DNA of 33,259 nt, from IMG/VR virus record IMGVR_UViG_3300025296_000068, positions 1 through 33,259 of that record; one strand, 5' to 3'. The notes under the pieces are model-generated. The model made no database searches, was not told the origin of the DNA, and saw only the letters and a program-made list of their open reading frames with translations. This document shows, one piece after another, positions 9,051 to 17,573 of the stretch. Source of the stretch: a virus. Taxonomy: Duplodnaviria > Caudoviricetes. A program made the position numbers and the translations under genes. Each line of letters starts with the position of its first letter. Position 1 is the stretch's first letter.

Positions 9051-9455
9051 TTAGGCCCAGGTCGGTACCGTTGTGCTATTGAGCAGGCCCGGCGCCGTAT
9101 ACGTCAGTTCGCCGGTAGCCGACCGAGCTAGCGCGTAGTCGGTGAAGATAGTCTCGTTCGGGAGGGTCTGCCCCGAGTGGACGAGCGTCACCGTACGCGT
9201 TACCGACGAAGACGACACCGTCTTGAACACGTCGTGGCTCAGGTTCGACGCATCGTTGAAGGTCCCCACGATCGTGATGGTGAAGTCAGCGAGCAGAAGC
9301 AGCCGCTCCATACCGCTTGAGTTGATCCCCGTCACGTCCTGAACGCCCCGAGGGACGCCCCAGTCGACCGTCTGGATATCGTTCGAGATGCTCCGGGCCG
9401 TTCCGCCGCTGTCGTCGACAGCGCAAGTCAAGCCTAGCCCTGCTTCCTTGGCCAT
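9051..9455 (-). CDS. Tail tube (major tail) protein
   Basis: 134 aa, 'MAKEAGLG...ISND...PRGVQDVTG...ERLLLLADFTIT' tube-like pattern, immediately upstream of the chaperone. Confidence 0.75.
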   Translation of the reverse strand: MAKEAGLGLTCAVDDSGGTARSISNDIQTVDWGVPRGVQDVTGINSSGMERLLLLADFTITIVGTFNDASNLSHDVFKTVSSSSVTRTVTLVHSGQTLPNETIFTDYALARSATGELTYTAPGLLNSTTVPTWA

Positions 9456-9464
9456 GTTGTTCTC

Positions 9465-9893
9465 CTATCCGCGCTTGCGCGCCTCCTGTAGTCGATACGC
9501 ACTCTCGTTAAACTCCCCCATGAAGTCCGGGAAGTCCATTACCCTCGGCTGCGTGCCCACCTTGTGTAGGAAGATCGGCTCGCGCTCGATCGGTAGCAGG
9601 TGCTCGTTAAAACACTGCTGGCCAGGTGGGAATGCGAAGGTCACGATTCCGACCTCCTCCTTTGTGGTGAAGTGGAGAATGGACCGTCCCTCGCGGGTCC
9701 TCATGGGATTCATCGCGTTACGGATATATAGGTCCTTGTCCGATCCGATCGGCACCACGACCTCGAAGCCCATGATGTGTCGCGGACATGCAACCTCGTC
9801 ACATCGAGCCCGCCGCCAGTAGTCCTTGCCCCACGGCCTCGTGGCGCGGTAGCGATCCAGCTTAGGCGTACGCCGTGTCGTCAACAGACTCAC
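9465..9893 (-). CDS. Hypothetical phage protein with Cys/His motifs (CDEVACPRH ... CFNEH)
   Basis: 142-aa ORF between two tube-like genes, GTG start overlapping the upstream gene. Confidence 0.7.
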   Translation of the reverse strand: MSLLTTRRTPKLDRYRATRPWGKDYWRRARCDEVACPRHIMGFEVVVPIGSDKDLYIRNAMNPMRTREGRSILHFTTKEEVGIVTFAFPPGQQCFNEHLLPIEREPIFLHKVGTQPRVMDFPDFMGEFNESAYRLQEARKRG

Positions 9894-10593
9894 CCCTTCT
9901 GATCCCGACCGCGAAGACGGCGGTGCTAAAGCTTCCCGAGGTGGTCACGCGCAGGTATCGATCCACGGTACCGGCGACGGTCAGCCGCTCCGTTGTTCTG
10001 CCTGTTGCGTTGGTGAACGCCTTCAGCGTCGCCCAGGTCGAATTGTTGGCACTGTCCTCTACCGTGATCGTTACCGTACCCGACGCAAGGCTCATTACCT
10101 GGAGGAATACGGCGGCGCCGGATGCACTCGAGGCGGAATTGTCCACGCTCGTAGTCGAGGCCCCCGACGAATGGCTAACCTTCCCAGCGGTGAGCAGGTC
10201 GCCCCATTCCAGCGGAACGAGGTTAGCTAGGCACTGCACGGTCAGCGAGAGCGCCCCGTCCTGGGTACGGCTGCCGTCGTAATTGATCTGCTTCGAGACG
10301 AGGTGGGCCATCACGTCGCCTCGGGTCGTACTCTGCGCGTAGAAGGCCAGTACGTCGGTAGTGAGCAGCGGACTCAGGGCCGGGTGGGACTGAAGGCTCG
10401 CATCATTAAACCAGCTTTTGAAGTCCATCAGGCCGTCTCCGTGCGTCAGTAGCCGTTCAATCGCCGAACTGGATAGCCCGGTCAAGTCCTGGACGCCGCG
10501 CGGCGAGGAGATCTGATCCAGGGCGCTAACGTCGCCTGAAAGGTCGTATCCACCGATATAAAACTGCCCCCCAAGGCCGCCCTTTTTGGCCAT
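9862..10593 (-). CDS. Tail-tube-like protein with extra C-terminal beta domain
   Basis: N-terminal half resembles 9051..9455 (MAKKGGLG / LSGD / PRGVQDLTG / ERLL); about 110 extra residues, Ser/Thr-rich. Confidence 0.7.
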   Translation of the reverse strand: MAKKGGLGGQFYIGGYDLSGDVSALDQISSPRGVQDLTGLSSSAIERLLTHGDGLMDFKSWFNDASLQSHPALSPLLTTDVLAFYAQSTTRGDVMAHLVSKQINYDGSRTQDGALSLTVQCLANLVPLEWGDLLTAGKVSHSSGASTTSVDNSASSASGAAVFLQVMSLASGTVTITVEDSANNSTWATLKAFTNATGRTTERLTVAGTVDRYLRVTTSGSFSTAVFAVGIRRGESVDDTAYA

Positions 10594-10770
10594 CTACTTA
10601 ACCTCCTTCAGGAAGCCCCGTTCCACGTAGTCGCCAGGGATGCCCTCGAACGTATCACCCTCGTAAAACAGGACCGGACCATCATGGCTATCCATCGTGA
10701 TAACCGGCATGCCCTCGGGGACTCCGCGTGGATTCAGGACCTTGTACTTCCCATGCTTAGGCTTGGCCAT
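10594..10770 (-). CDS. 58-aa hypothetical protein (MAKPKHGKYKVLNPRGVPEG...VERGFLKEVK)
   Basis: RBS AGGAG, fills the gap exactly, stop abuts the next ATG. Not in the ORF track. Confidence 0.7.
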   Translation of the reverse strand: MAKPKHGKYKVLNPRGVPEGMPVITMDSHDGPVLFYEGDTFEGIPGDYVERGFLKEVK

Positions 10771-10779
10771 GTTGTACTC

Positions 10780-11244
10780 CTACAACGCCGCGGTCGCCGA
10801 GTCGTCTACGATCAGCGGCAACATGATGTCCGCTACCCGGAACAGGATGCCGCTCTGGTCGAGGTGACCATATTCCGTTGCCACCGACTGCCCGTACTGA
10901 CCGCCTACGTCGATATTGCGGATGTTGGCCCCGAGGTCCGCGTCCTCCACGAGGTCCTGCTTGATATTCGATACAGCGTTGGCTAGCCCTAGCTCCATAC
11001 CCTCGACGGGCTCCTGGAGCATCTGGTAATAGCAGCGCAACATCACCAGGTGCAGTTCGATAGTCCCGCCGTTCAGCGAGAGGGCCGCTACGAAGTCGCG
11101 GAGCATGTAGATCGCGACGAATATCTTGTCGGTGTCCGCCTCGGGCGGCACCACTGGCTCGCCGATCACCACAGCGTGGGCGTACCGTCCCGCCGACACA
11201 TGGCTGGCTACCTGTTTCAGTGTTGCGGTTACATCGAACGCCAT
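10780..11244 (-). CDS. Putative tail terminator/completion protein
   Basis: 154 aa, acidic, positioned between the gp10-like gene and the tail tube genes. Confidence 0.65.
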   Translation of the reverse strand: MAFDVTATLKQVASHVSAGRYAHAVVIGEPVVPPEADTDKIFVAIYMLRDFVAALSLNGGTIELHLVMLRCYYQMLQEPVEGMELGLANAVSNIKQDLVEDADLGANIRNIDVGGQYGQSVATEYGHLDQSGILFRVADIMLPLIVDDSATAAL

Positions 11245-11664
11245 CTAGCGCGCCTTGAGGTCGTTAATGAGCTTGTTTGTATGGGCACGGAGCGCCGTCT
11301 TCTTCTTCTCGTTTAGCCATTGATCGGTACGGCGGAACATCGCGTAGCCCCGGAACCGGGTGCGCCCGATAGCCCCGACCTCAAGCCACGGCCCGTAGAT
11401 CACCCCGCTATCGTGGAGTCGCCCTACCCGGCCATGTACCTCACCGTGAATGTTCCGCCGGTAGTGCCCCTTCGATGCCTTTCCGCGCCCGGCCTGTGAG
11501 ACGGTCAGGAACACGCCCCCAGGACGCATCCGGGCCAACCCGTGCAGCCTGGCAAGCCCCAGGTCGACAAGCTCCCGCACCATACCGGCCGCCGCCCTCT
11601 CAACGATCTTCGGTCCGCGGAGTAGCAGGGGGCTCTTGATCTTCATGGAGACCCGCGTGGCCAC
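11245..11664 (-). CDS. HK97 gp10-like neck/tail-completion protein
   Basis: Basic 139-aa protein with 'GHYRRNI...VIYGPWLEVG...RFRGYAMFRR' motif. Confidence 0.75.
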   Translation of the reverse strand: MATRVSMKIKSPLLLRGPKIVERAAAGMVRELVDLGLARLHGLARMRPGGVFLTVSQAGRGKASKGHYRRNIHGEVHGRVGRLHDSGVIYGPWLEVGAIGRTRFRGYAMFRRTDQWLNEKKKTALRAHTNKLINDLKAR

Positions 11665-11858
11665 TAGCTGTCGGCCTCCACTAGCTCGTATCTCTTGAAT
11701 ATCTTCCCAATGGCGCCCGTTGTCAGTACGTGAATCTCCACGTTAATGATAGCCGTCTGGGTTGGTTGCCAATCGAAGGAGATTCGAGCTACCTCGTTGG
11801 CATCCAGCCCCAACGCTTCGCATAGCTCGGTACCTACCTGGCCCACTTCAACGGCCAT
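11664..11858 (-). CDS. 64-aa hypothetical protein
   Basis: ATG 11858 coupled to the upstream stop (TAATG), RBS AGGAG. Confidence 0.65.
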   Translation of the reverse strand: MAVEVGQVGTELCEALGLDANEVARISFDWQPTQTAIINVEIHVLTTGAIGKIFKRYELVEADS

Positions 11859-12916
11859 TAGATCACTCCTGACCGCGGCCGAATGTAAAGGGCCATCCAC
11901 GTCTTTATGAGGTCGGTTAGTTCGTTGCCCCTTAGCTCCTGTGCCGAATCCCCGACGCCTACCGTACGGGCGAAGTTGGCATTCTCCTGGACAATCTTAG
12001 ACAGGGCCAGTGCCAGGCACCACTCCCGGATGTTGAACGCGGGCTCGTACTTCGAGATAGCCGTGGCGTCGGCGTGGGTCGCCGCCGTGGTCCCGTTGAC
12101 GCCGCGCTCGATCGTCAGTGTTCGGTTGATGTTGACCGCCGTATCGTCCGCGTGGGTGGCTACCTTCGTCCCGTTGTAGGCCCGGATCACGTCAACGTCG
12201 TTCGTGCGGACCGCCTTGACGTACATCTGCTCAGAGTCCAGCCGGATAACCTCACCCCGGAGAACGCCGTGGCTAGCATCCAGCGTGATCGTATCGTCGT
12301 CTAGGGTCGCCACGATCGTCGCGTCGTTGACCACGACGGACCCCAGGGCTGCGAAGTCACGCTCGGACACGAATATCTGCTCGCTCTCGATCAGCAGGGT
12401 GTCCCCTACGTCGATCAAGGAAGCGTCGGAACAGACGCCCTCAGTCGCCGTGGCGTCAGAAGACAGGCCGCTTGAGACGGTACCGGTGGACTTCGTATCG
12501 TTGCTGTAGCCCCACGACCCGAGCACGCTGATAGATCGCTGCGGGGTATCACCAGACTGGAAGGCCGCCGAAGAGGATATATCTATCTCGATGCGGTCCT
12601 TCGGATCGACGTTATTGGGCTCGGTGAAGTAGTCGGTTGAGGCGATCGTGGTCGGGCTAGCGTTCTGGGCCTCGGACTTCAGGGTGGTCACCGCGAGGAG
12701 GTCCTGGTCCACCCAGAGCACCGTGCGGCGCCCGATCTGGTAGGGCGGCCAGCGGTAAAGGCGGGTTTCCGTCTTCGGGATGAAGAAGCGGCGCGTAGCC
12801 CGGTCTATGTCCCGGCTGGCAGCCTCGATGATGTCGTCGACCTTGCGGTCGCTATCCTGGCCCTTGATGCCAGCAGCAGCCTTCACGCGTTCGCGTGAGA
12901 CGTACCAGTTTGCCAT
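11858..12916 (-). CDS. Head-tail connector/adaptor (HK97 gp6/SPP1 gp15-like) with large inserted beta domains
   Basis: N-terminal 'YVSRERVKAA...IIEAASRDIDRATRRFF' and C-terminal 'P..IREWCLALA' helices of the adaptor fold, flanking two internal repeats (GDTLLIESEQIFV...RGVNGTTAATHAD / GEVIRLDSEQMYV...RAYNGTKVATHAD). Confidence 0.8.
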   Translation of the reverse strand: MANWYVSRERVKAAAGIKGQDSDRKVDDIIEAASRDIDRATRRFFIPKTETRLYRWPPYQIGRRTVLWVDQDLLAVTTLKSEAQNASPTTIASTDYFTEPNNVDPKDRIEIDISSSAAFQSGDTPQRSISVLGSWGYSNDTKSTGTVSSGLSSDATATEGVCSDASLIDVGDTLLIESEQIFVSERDFAALGSVVVNDATIVATLDDDTITLDASHGVLRGEVIRLDSEQMYVKAVRTNDVDVIRAYNGTKVATHADDTAVNINRTLTIERGVNGTTAATHADATAISKYEPAFNIREWCLALALSKIVQENANFARTVGVGDSAQELRGNELTDLIKTWMALYIRPRSGVI

Positions 12917-12973
12917 TGCCTCCCCTGCTTTCCAGTTCGGCTATCGGCGGGTTATTCAGTTGTTGCGTTTACG

Positions 12974-13138
12974 CTACCTAGGCCACCTGAAGTCCCCGAG
13001 CGGGCAGTTACGCCGCCCGTCCGGGTGAATGTCCAGAGGGTCCCCGTGACGAGGACAGGCGACGGGTGGCTCGGCGCGTTCACGCTCCGCCTCGCGCCTG
13101 TTCTCGTCCAGATACTCCTTTAACTGCTCCCAGGGCAT
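12974..13138 (-). CDS. 54-aa putative zinc-ribbon protein (MPWEQL...PPVACPRHGDPL...NCPLGDFRWPR)
   Basis: TAATG coupling to the upstream gene; CPxH...CP motif. Not in the ORF track. Confidence 0.75.
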   Translation of the reverse strand: MPWEQLKEYLDENRREAERERAEPPVACPRHGDPLDIHPDGRRNCPLGDFRWPR

Positions 13139-13662
13139 TAGTCCGGCTTGATCGTCAGGGTAACCCGGTACTTCTCGCCCGAGGTCGGGGTATGGGCCGC
13201 AGAGCGCACTACCAGGACGCCGAACAGAGAGTCATCCCCGGCCGCGCAGACGAAGGGGATCGGCATTTTGAGGTCCGCGGATACCAGAGTGGCCTCCGAG
13301 GGACCCCCCAGGTCCTCCAGGGCCGCCCAGTCGATCTTCCCCTGGTAGTTGTCGCTCTCGGTTGCGTATACGGGGTTGGTGTTCGCCGCGTTGTCGTCGA
13401 GGTTCCCTGTCGGTGCGACATTGGTTAGATACATTGTCAGCACCGGCACCTTGGCCGTCTCGTCGCAGAGAACTACAGCCTTGGTGATCTTTCCACTCCC
13501 GCCGGGGGTGGGGACTACGGCATCGAAGTCCCAGTGTGTGCCCGCGGACGTGCTCTCCGAGATAACGTCCTCGTTGGTGTAGGCCGTAGTGTCGGCCGGG
13601 CGAGTCTTCTCGACCGATACTTCGATCTGTGCCCCGAGGACGCTTTTGTTCTTCATCGTCAT
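13138..13662 (-). CDS. Putative virion structural protein (head decoration-like beta protein)
   Basis: 174 aa in the head-neck block, 'TRPADTTAYTNEDVI' start, beta-strand pattern. Confidence 0.7.
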   Translation of the reverse strand: MTMKNKSVLGAQIEVSVEKTRPADTTAYTNEDVISESTSAGTHWDFDAVVPTPGGSGKITKAVVLCDETAKVPVLTMYLTNVAPTGNLDDNAANTNPVYATESDNYQGKIDWAALEDLGGPSEATLVSADLKMPIPFVCAAGDDSLFGVLVVRSAAHTPTSGEKYRVTLTIKPD

Positions 13663-13668
13663 GGGAGG

Positions 13669-13830
13669 CTAGCTCCTACTGCGTCTTGCTCGCCGCTTGG
13701 GCGGCTCTGGCCCCCTTGGCTCCCTAAGCGGCTTGGCCTCGACGACCGATGGGGTCATGGGCGCGTAGCAAACGTCGCACCTACGCGCCTGGCGCTCGGT
13801 CTCCCACCCGCACGCTTCGCACTGGTTCAT
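13669..13830 (-). CDS. 53-aa double-CxxC zinc-ribbon protein with basic tail
   Basis: MNQCEACG...RCDVCYAPM...KRRARRSRS; ATG 13830 with GAGG RBS after the upstream stop. Confidence 0.7.
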   Translation of the reverse strand: MNQCEACGWETERQARRCDVCYAPMTPSVVEAKPLREPRGPEPPKRRARRSRS

Positions 13831-13841
13831 ATACACAACCT

Positions 13842-14804
13842 CTAGCTGGAGGTTGCGGGGATGATCCCGCCCTGGCCACCGGCCGCACCGTCGTTGCCGA
13901 AGGTGCCGCCCGCGTGGATGAAGAACTTGTCCCCGATGGTCCCTACCAGCGTGGCCTCGGTAACCGCAGCTTCGGCTGGGGTATTGAAGCCCCCGGCTAC
14001 CATCCCGCCCTCGCAGCCATCCACCAACTGGAACGGCTCGGCTCCCGAGAGCAACTGAACGCCGCGGCAGTTGACCACCCATACGTTCTTACCGGCGGTT
14101 GTTCGGTTGTGGATAATCGCCGTCTCGAAATTCCCGTAGAACTCGCAGTCCTCCACCAGGATGTTCTCGGAGTCGATGAAGAACAGGAACCCGGTGTCCA
14201 CAGCCCCATCGCTCCCCGCAGGGTCGGTAGGCTGGAGGGCTGTGCAGCGCCGGATCGTGAGGTCGTCGAACGTGGTCGCCAGGTTGATGAACCCGAGGGC
14301 TTCTTTGGCCGACGAAGTCACGAAGTCGCAGTCCTCGATCAACACATTCCCGACGTTGATGTCGAGGAAGTTGACCAGGTCGTTTATGTCGCAGACCATG
14401 CGGAAGTTGCTTATCACCGTGTTGGCCGCGCTGATAAGGATGTCGGCCGTGGTATCGGTCCCGAAGGTCAGTGTCGGCTTGGCGGTACCGAAGCCCAGCC
14501 CTCGGATGCTGATGCCCGCAACGTCGCAGGTCCAGCGGGCGGAGTTCGTCAGCGTCTCCGTGTAGCCGGGCATGACGAAGATAGTGTCGCCCTGGTTAGC
14601 CGTACACTGGCCAATCGCGAAGTCCACCGTGGCAAAGGGATCGTCGGGTGTAAGGCCGTGGCCCGCCGTATCCGTCCCGCCGGTCATTACGAAGAAGACG
14701 TTGCCGGTGAAGACGTGGGTATCCACCAGAGTCGCCGTCAGCGCCCCGCGCTGCTTGGTGTAGAACAGGCCGCTACGCTGGCCTACGAGGGTGGGAAGTG
14801 CCAT
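13842..14804 (-). CDS. Right-handed beta-helix (pectin-lyase-like) virion protein, probable head fibre
   Basis: 'GLTPDDPFATVDFAIGQCTANQGDTIFVMPG' cap motif followed by 'VLIEDCDF', 'LTIRRC', 'ILVEDCEF' beta-helix rungs; AAGGAG RBS. Confidence 0.8.
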   Translation of the reverse strand: MALPTLVGQRSGLFYTKQRGALTATLVDTHVFTGNVFFVMTGGTDTAGHGLTPDDPFATVDFAIGQCTANQGDTIFVMPGYTETLTNSARWTCDVAGISIRGLGFGTAKPTLTFGTDTTADILISAANTVISNFRMVCDINDLVNFLDINVGNVLIEDCDFVTSSAKEALGFINLATTFDDLTIRRCTALQPTDPAGSDGAVDTGFLFFIDSENILVEDCEFYGNFETAIIHNRTTAGKNVWVVNCRGVQLLSGAEPFQLVDGCEGGMVAGGFNTPAEAAVTEATLVGTIGDKFFIHAGGTFGNDGAAGGQGGIIPATSS

Positions 14805-14899
14805 CTACGTATCTCCTTTGCTTTTCGGGGTTGGTTACCCTTGTTGCTACTTGCTCACAGGTGGACGCTTTACGCGCTTGTCCCGAGGTGGCCCCTTTA

Positions 14900-15178
14900 T
14901 CACTCTGCTACCGCTACCGGCTCTCTCTCGGCGACTCCCCTCATCCGGTTGCCGAACGTAGTCACCGCGGCGTCGTCGCCCTTCTCGGCGGCGAGGTCCG
15001 AAAACGCCCTTGCATCGCCCTCGTCCTTCAAGGGGCATCCGCAGCGGGTGCAGTTGTCCGGCAGCCCGATAGGCTTGTTCTTCTCGTCCCGTATCTGGTG
15101 GGCCATCGAACAGTGAGGGCAGTCCGCCACGGTCACCGTGTCCCCGCTGATGTTGGGCATATTCTCTTTAAGTTCCAT
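14900..15178 (-). CDS. 92-aa zinc-ribbon protein (CPHC ... CTRCG)
   Basis: Start reassigned to ATG 15178 (RBS GGAGGGG); two CxxC pairs. Confidence 0.7.
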   Translation of the reverse strand: MELKENMPNISGDTVTVADCPHCSMAHQIRDEKNKPIGLPDNCTRCGCPLKDEGDARAFSDLAAEKGDDAAVTTFGNRMRGVAEREPVAVAE

Positions 15179-15615
15179 TGCTTTCCCCTCCCTAGAATGG
15201 TTAGGACGCTGTCGCAGAGCTTGCAGTACAGGGATTGCGGAGTCCCGTCGTGGTGGGGGCTCCACCTAGCCTCGCACCGCCCACAGTGCAATACGCCCTC
15301 CTCGTCGAAACTGGCCGGGGTGAGGCGCCCACTAAGGGGCAGGTCCCCCCGGTATCGTGCCTTCCGTAGCTCCATCCACCACCCGATTTCCTCGGGCCAC
15401 TCGCCGGTAGCCTCCCGCCATACGAGGGCCTTCGCCTTGACCCGGCAAAGCTCCTCGGGTGTCAGGAACTCGAAGCTGGGGTGCCAGAACGGGACCTCCA
15501 GGATGTCCTCGCGGAGGGCAAGCTCGTGGAACTTGTCCCACCACTCCTGCGGGATCATGCCCGGAGGCACCTCCCGCTTGTTCGCCCGGATTTGCGGCTC
15601 TAGCACCCAGCCCAT
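15133..15615 (-). CDS. Hypothetical protein with C-terminal zinc ribbon (CGRC ... CKLC)
   Basis: 160-aa Trp-rich ORF filling the gap in the operon. Confidence 0.7.
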   Translation of the reverse strand: MGWVLEPQIRANKREVPPGMIPQEWWDKFHELALREDILEVPFWHPSFEFLTPEELCRVKAKALVWREATGEWPEEIGWWMELRKARYRGDLPLSGRLTPASFDEEGVLHCGRCEARWSPHHDGTPQSLYCKLCDSVLTILGRGKQWNLKRICPTSAGTR

Positions 15616-15629
15616 TTTTGCTTTTACCC

Positions 15630-16109
15630 CTATGTCGGCTGGACGTAGACCTTCGAGCCGGTCGTTGCCGCGCCCTGAAGCTCCTTCTGCGGGTAAGCCG
15701 ACCCGTACACCACCTGGCTCGCCATCACGTCGTCGACGCCGGTGTTGCCATCCTCGCCCACGGTGGAGCGGACGGTCACGTCGGCGCCCTCTACGTCTAG
15801 CTGCTCGGCTCGCGCCTCCATGATTACGAAGTCGCCGTCCGCGTCGACCGGATTGTCGGTGTCATAGTTGCCACCCGACGCGTCGGTCGTAAGCTCGCCC
15901 GAGCCTGTACCGGACGTGTCCTGCGCCGCTTCCAGGCGGCACTGGTCCAGATCGTCTGAGCTATCCCAGGTACCTAGCTCGACGTAGGTGCAAACACGGA
16001 CGGCGCTTTTTAGGGTTCGCCATGCCGTGCTCGCCGTGGTGCCCCCGACATCGGTGCCGCTCGGGCTCACGATGTCGAAGACCGCATGCTCCGAAAGCCT
16101 ATTGCTCAT
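15630..16109 (-). CDS. Putative capsid decoration protein
   Basis: 159-aa acidic beta-type protein directly after the major capsid gene; AGGAG RBS. Confidence 0.65.
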   Translation of the reverse strand: MSNRLSEHAVFDIVSPSGTDVGGTTASTAWRTLKSAVRVCTYVELGTWDSSDDLDQCRLEAAQDTSGTGSGELTTDASGGNYDTDNPVDADGDFVIMEARAEQLDVEGADVTVRSTVGEDGNTGVDDVMASQVVYGSAYPQKELQGAATTGSKVYVQPT

Positions 16110-16154
16110 GTCGTCTCTCCTATTGCTCAGGTCCCAGCTAATCGCTGGTCCTCA

Positions 16155-17561
16155 CTAGGCTCGGGTTGCTACCGACAGGAACGGGGTCAGGGTATTAGAA
16201 CCGTTCCGAGGCGTCAGAGCCGAGTCGATCCACGGGCGCCCATCCACACGCTGGATGAAGCGGAAGTCGGTCTCGTCTGTGCTGAAGCGGACGTGCTCGC
16301 TGGAAGCCATCTCCAACTGCATCCGGTCACCGATCAGGTAGTAAGACGGGTCGACCAGGTACACGTCACCCGCAGTCCCCAGAGTCTCGGCCTTCTCGGT
16401 GTAGACCACCGGTCGCCCCAGAAGCATCGGGGTAGGCGCGCCAGTGATCCCGCCAGCCGGGAAGTACATCGGGGCGCCGCCAGTGCCAACCGACAGGCTC
16501 ATCGTGTAAAGCTGCGGTTGTACGTCCGGGTTCACGAGCCAGATGCTCCGCATAATCGAAGAAGGAAGCATCCGGGCGAACATCTTGATGATGTTCTCCA
16601 CGACGAGCGTAGTTGCCGCCTGGCCCGTCTCTTTGCCCACGGACACCAGCGCGTCAGCATTCTTGATGCCGAGGGGCTGCCCGCCGCCGATCCCGGCGAT
16701 AAAGGCGTCGTCCTCAAAGTACGCCAGCGCCTCCGCGAACAGCGTGTTAAGCAGGGGCTCCAGGGTGATCGCGCTATCCCGCAGAAGTTCGTTGCTGATC
16801 CGGGTCCCGCCGACCAGCTTCTTAGCCGTCAGGACCGCCTGGGCAAACGTCGGCTCGCTCTGGGTAATGGTACCCGACTCAGGTATCCAGTAGGCCGTCA
16901 CGCCGCCGTAGACGTTGCTGGCGTGGGTGGTGTCCCGGATGGTAGGGATACGAGTCGTCAGAGTAGCCATTGGGAGTACCCTGGCGCGGGGCCGTATGGC
17001 CGCCGCCTCAAGGGACATCCGCAGTAGCTCGGCGCGGAACTCCTCGGGTACGAGGAACCCGCCCTGGTCGCCCTGGCTCTCGCCGAGTACCTTCACCCTG
17101 GCGTCTAGCCCCTGCCTCGTAATGTGAGGGGAAATCGCCCTTGCGAAGTCGATGAAGTCCTCGAACTCGCCCGCGTCCATGCCCGCCCCAGTACCGTTAG
17201 CGGCGATCTGGCGGGCCTCTTTGCGTGTCAGCTCAAGGTGCTTATAGATGGCCATACGGTCGGATCGCGTAAGGCCCTGCTTGCCCGCGGCGCTCGGGTC
17301 CATAGGCACCCGCTTGACGGCCTCGGGCATGATGGTCTCGTTCGCGTCGTAGAACTCTTTGAGGCCATTCGCCACGCCCTCGGCGATCTGCTTATCGATA
17401 TCGGGGTCGTGTTTGCGGTGGAGGGCGGCGTATTCCTCCATAAAGGATCGAAACTTCGCCTGGTCCTCCGGGTCCGTGCTCATAGCCCACTTAGCGACAT
17501 GACCGCCGCTTAGCGCCTCCTCAAGCTCCTCAGAGGTCCGAGGTATTGCCTTAGTGACCAT
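16155..17561 (-). CDS. Major capsid protein, HK97 fold
   Basis: 'GGFLVPEEF', 'ISNELLRDS', 'G.GGGQPLGI', 'LLGRPVVYTE', 'FRFIQRVDG' motifs; N-terminal delta-like domain; GGAGG RBS. Confidence 0.96.
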   Translation of the reverse strand: MVTKAIPRTSEELEEALSGGHVAKWAMSTDPEDQAKFRSFMEEYAALHRKHDPDIDKQIAEGVANGLKEFYDANETIMPEAVKRVPMDPSAAGKQGLTRSDRMAIYKHLELTRKEARQIAANGTGAGMDAGEFEDFIDFARAISPHITRQGLDARVKVLGESQGDQGGFLVPEEFRAELLRMSLEAAAIRPRARVLPMATLTTRIPTIRDTTHASNVYGGVTAYWIPESGTITQSEPTFAQAVLTAKKLVGGTRISNELLRDSAITLEPLLNTLFAEALAYFEDDAFIAGIGGGQPLGIKNADALVSVGKETGQAATTLVVENIIKMFARMLPSSIMRSIWLVNPDVQPQLYTMSLSVGTGGAPMYFPAGGITGAPTPMLLGRPVVYTEKAETLGTAGDVYLVDPSYYLIGDRMQLEMASSEHVRFSTDETDFRFIQRVDGRPWIDSALTPRNGSNTLTPFLSVATRA

Positions 17562-17573
17562 TTGATATTCCTC

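Noticed and set aside
13749-17027. Long plus-strand ORFs (455, 341, 313 aa)
   Set aside because: Opposite well-supported structural genes in GC-rich DNA; no recognisable motifs.
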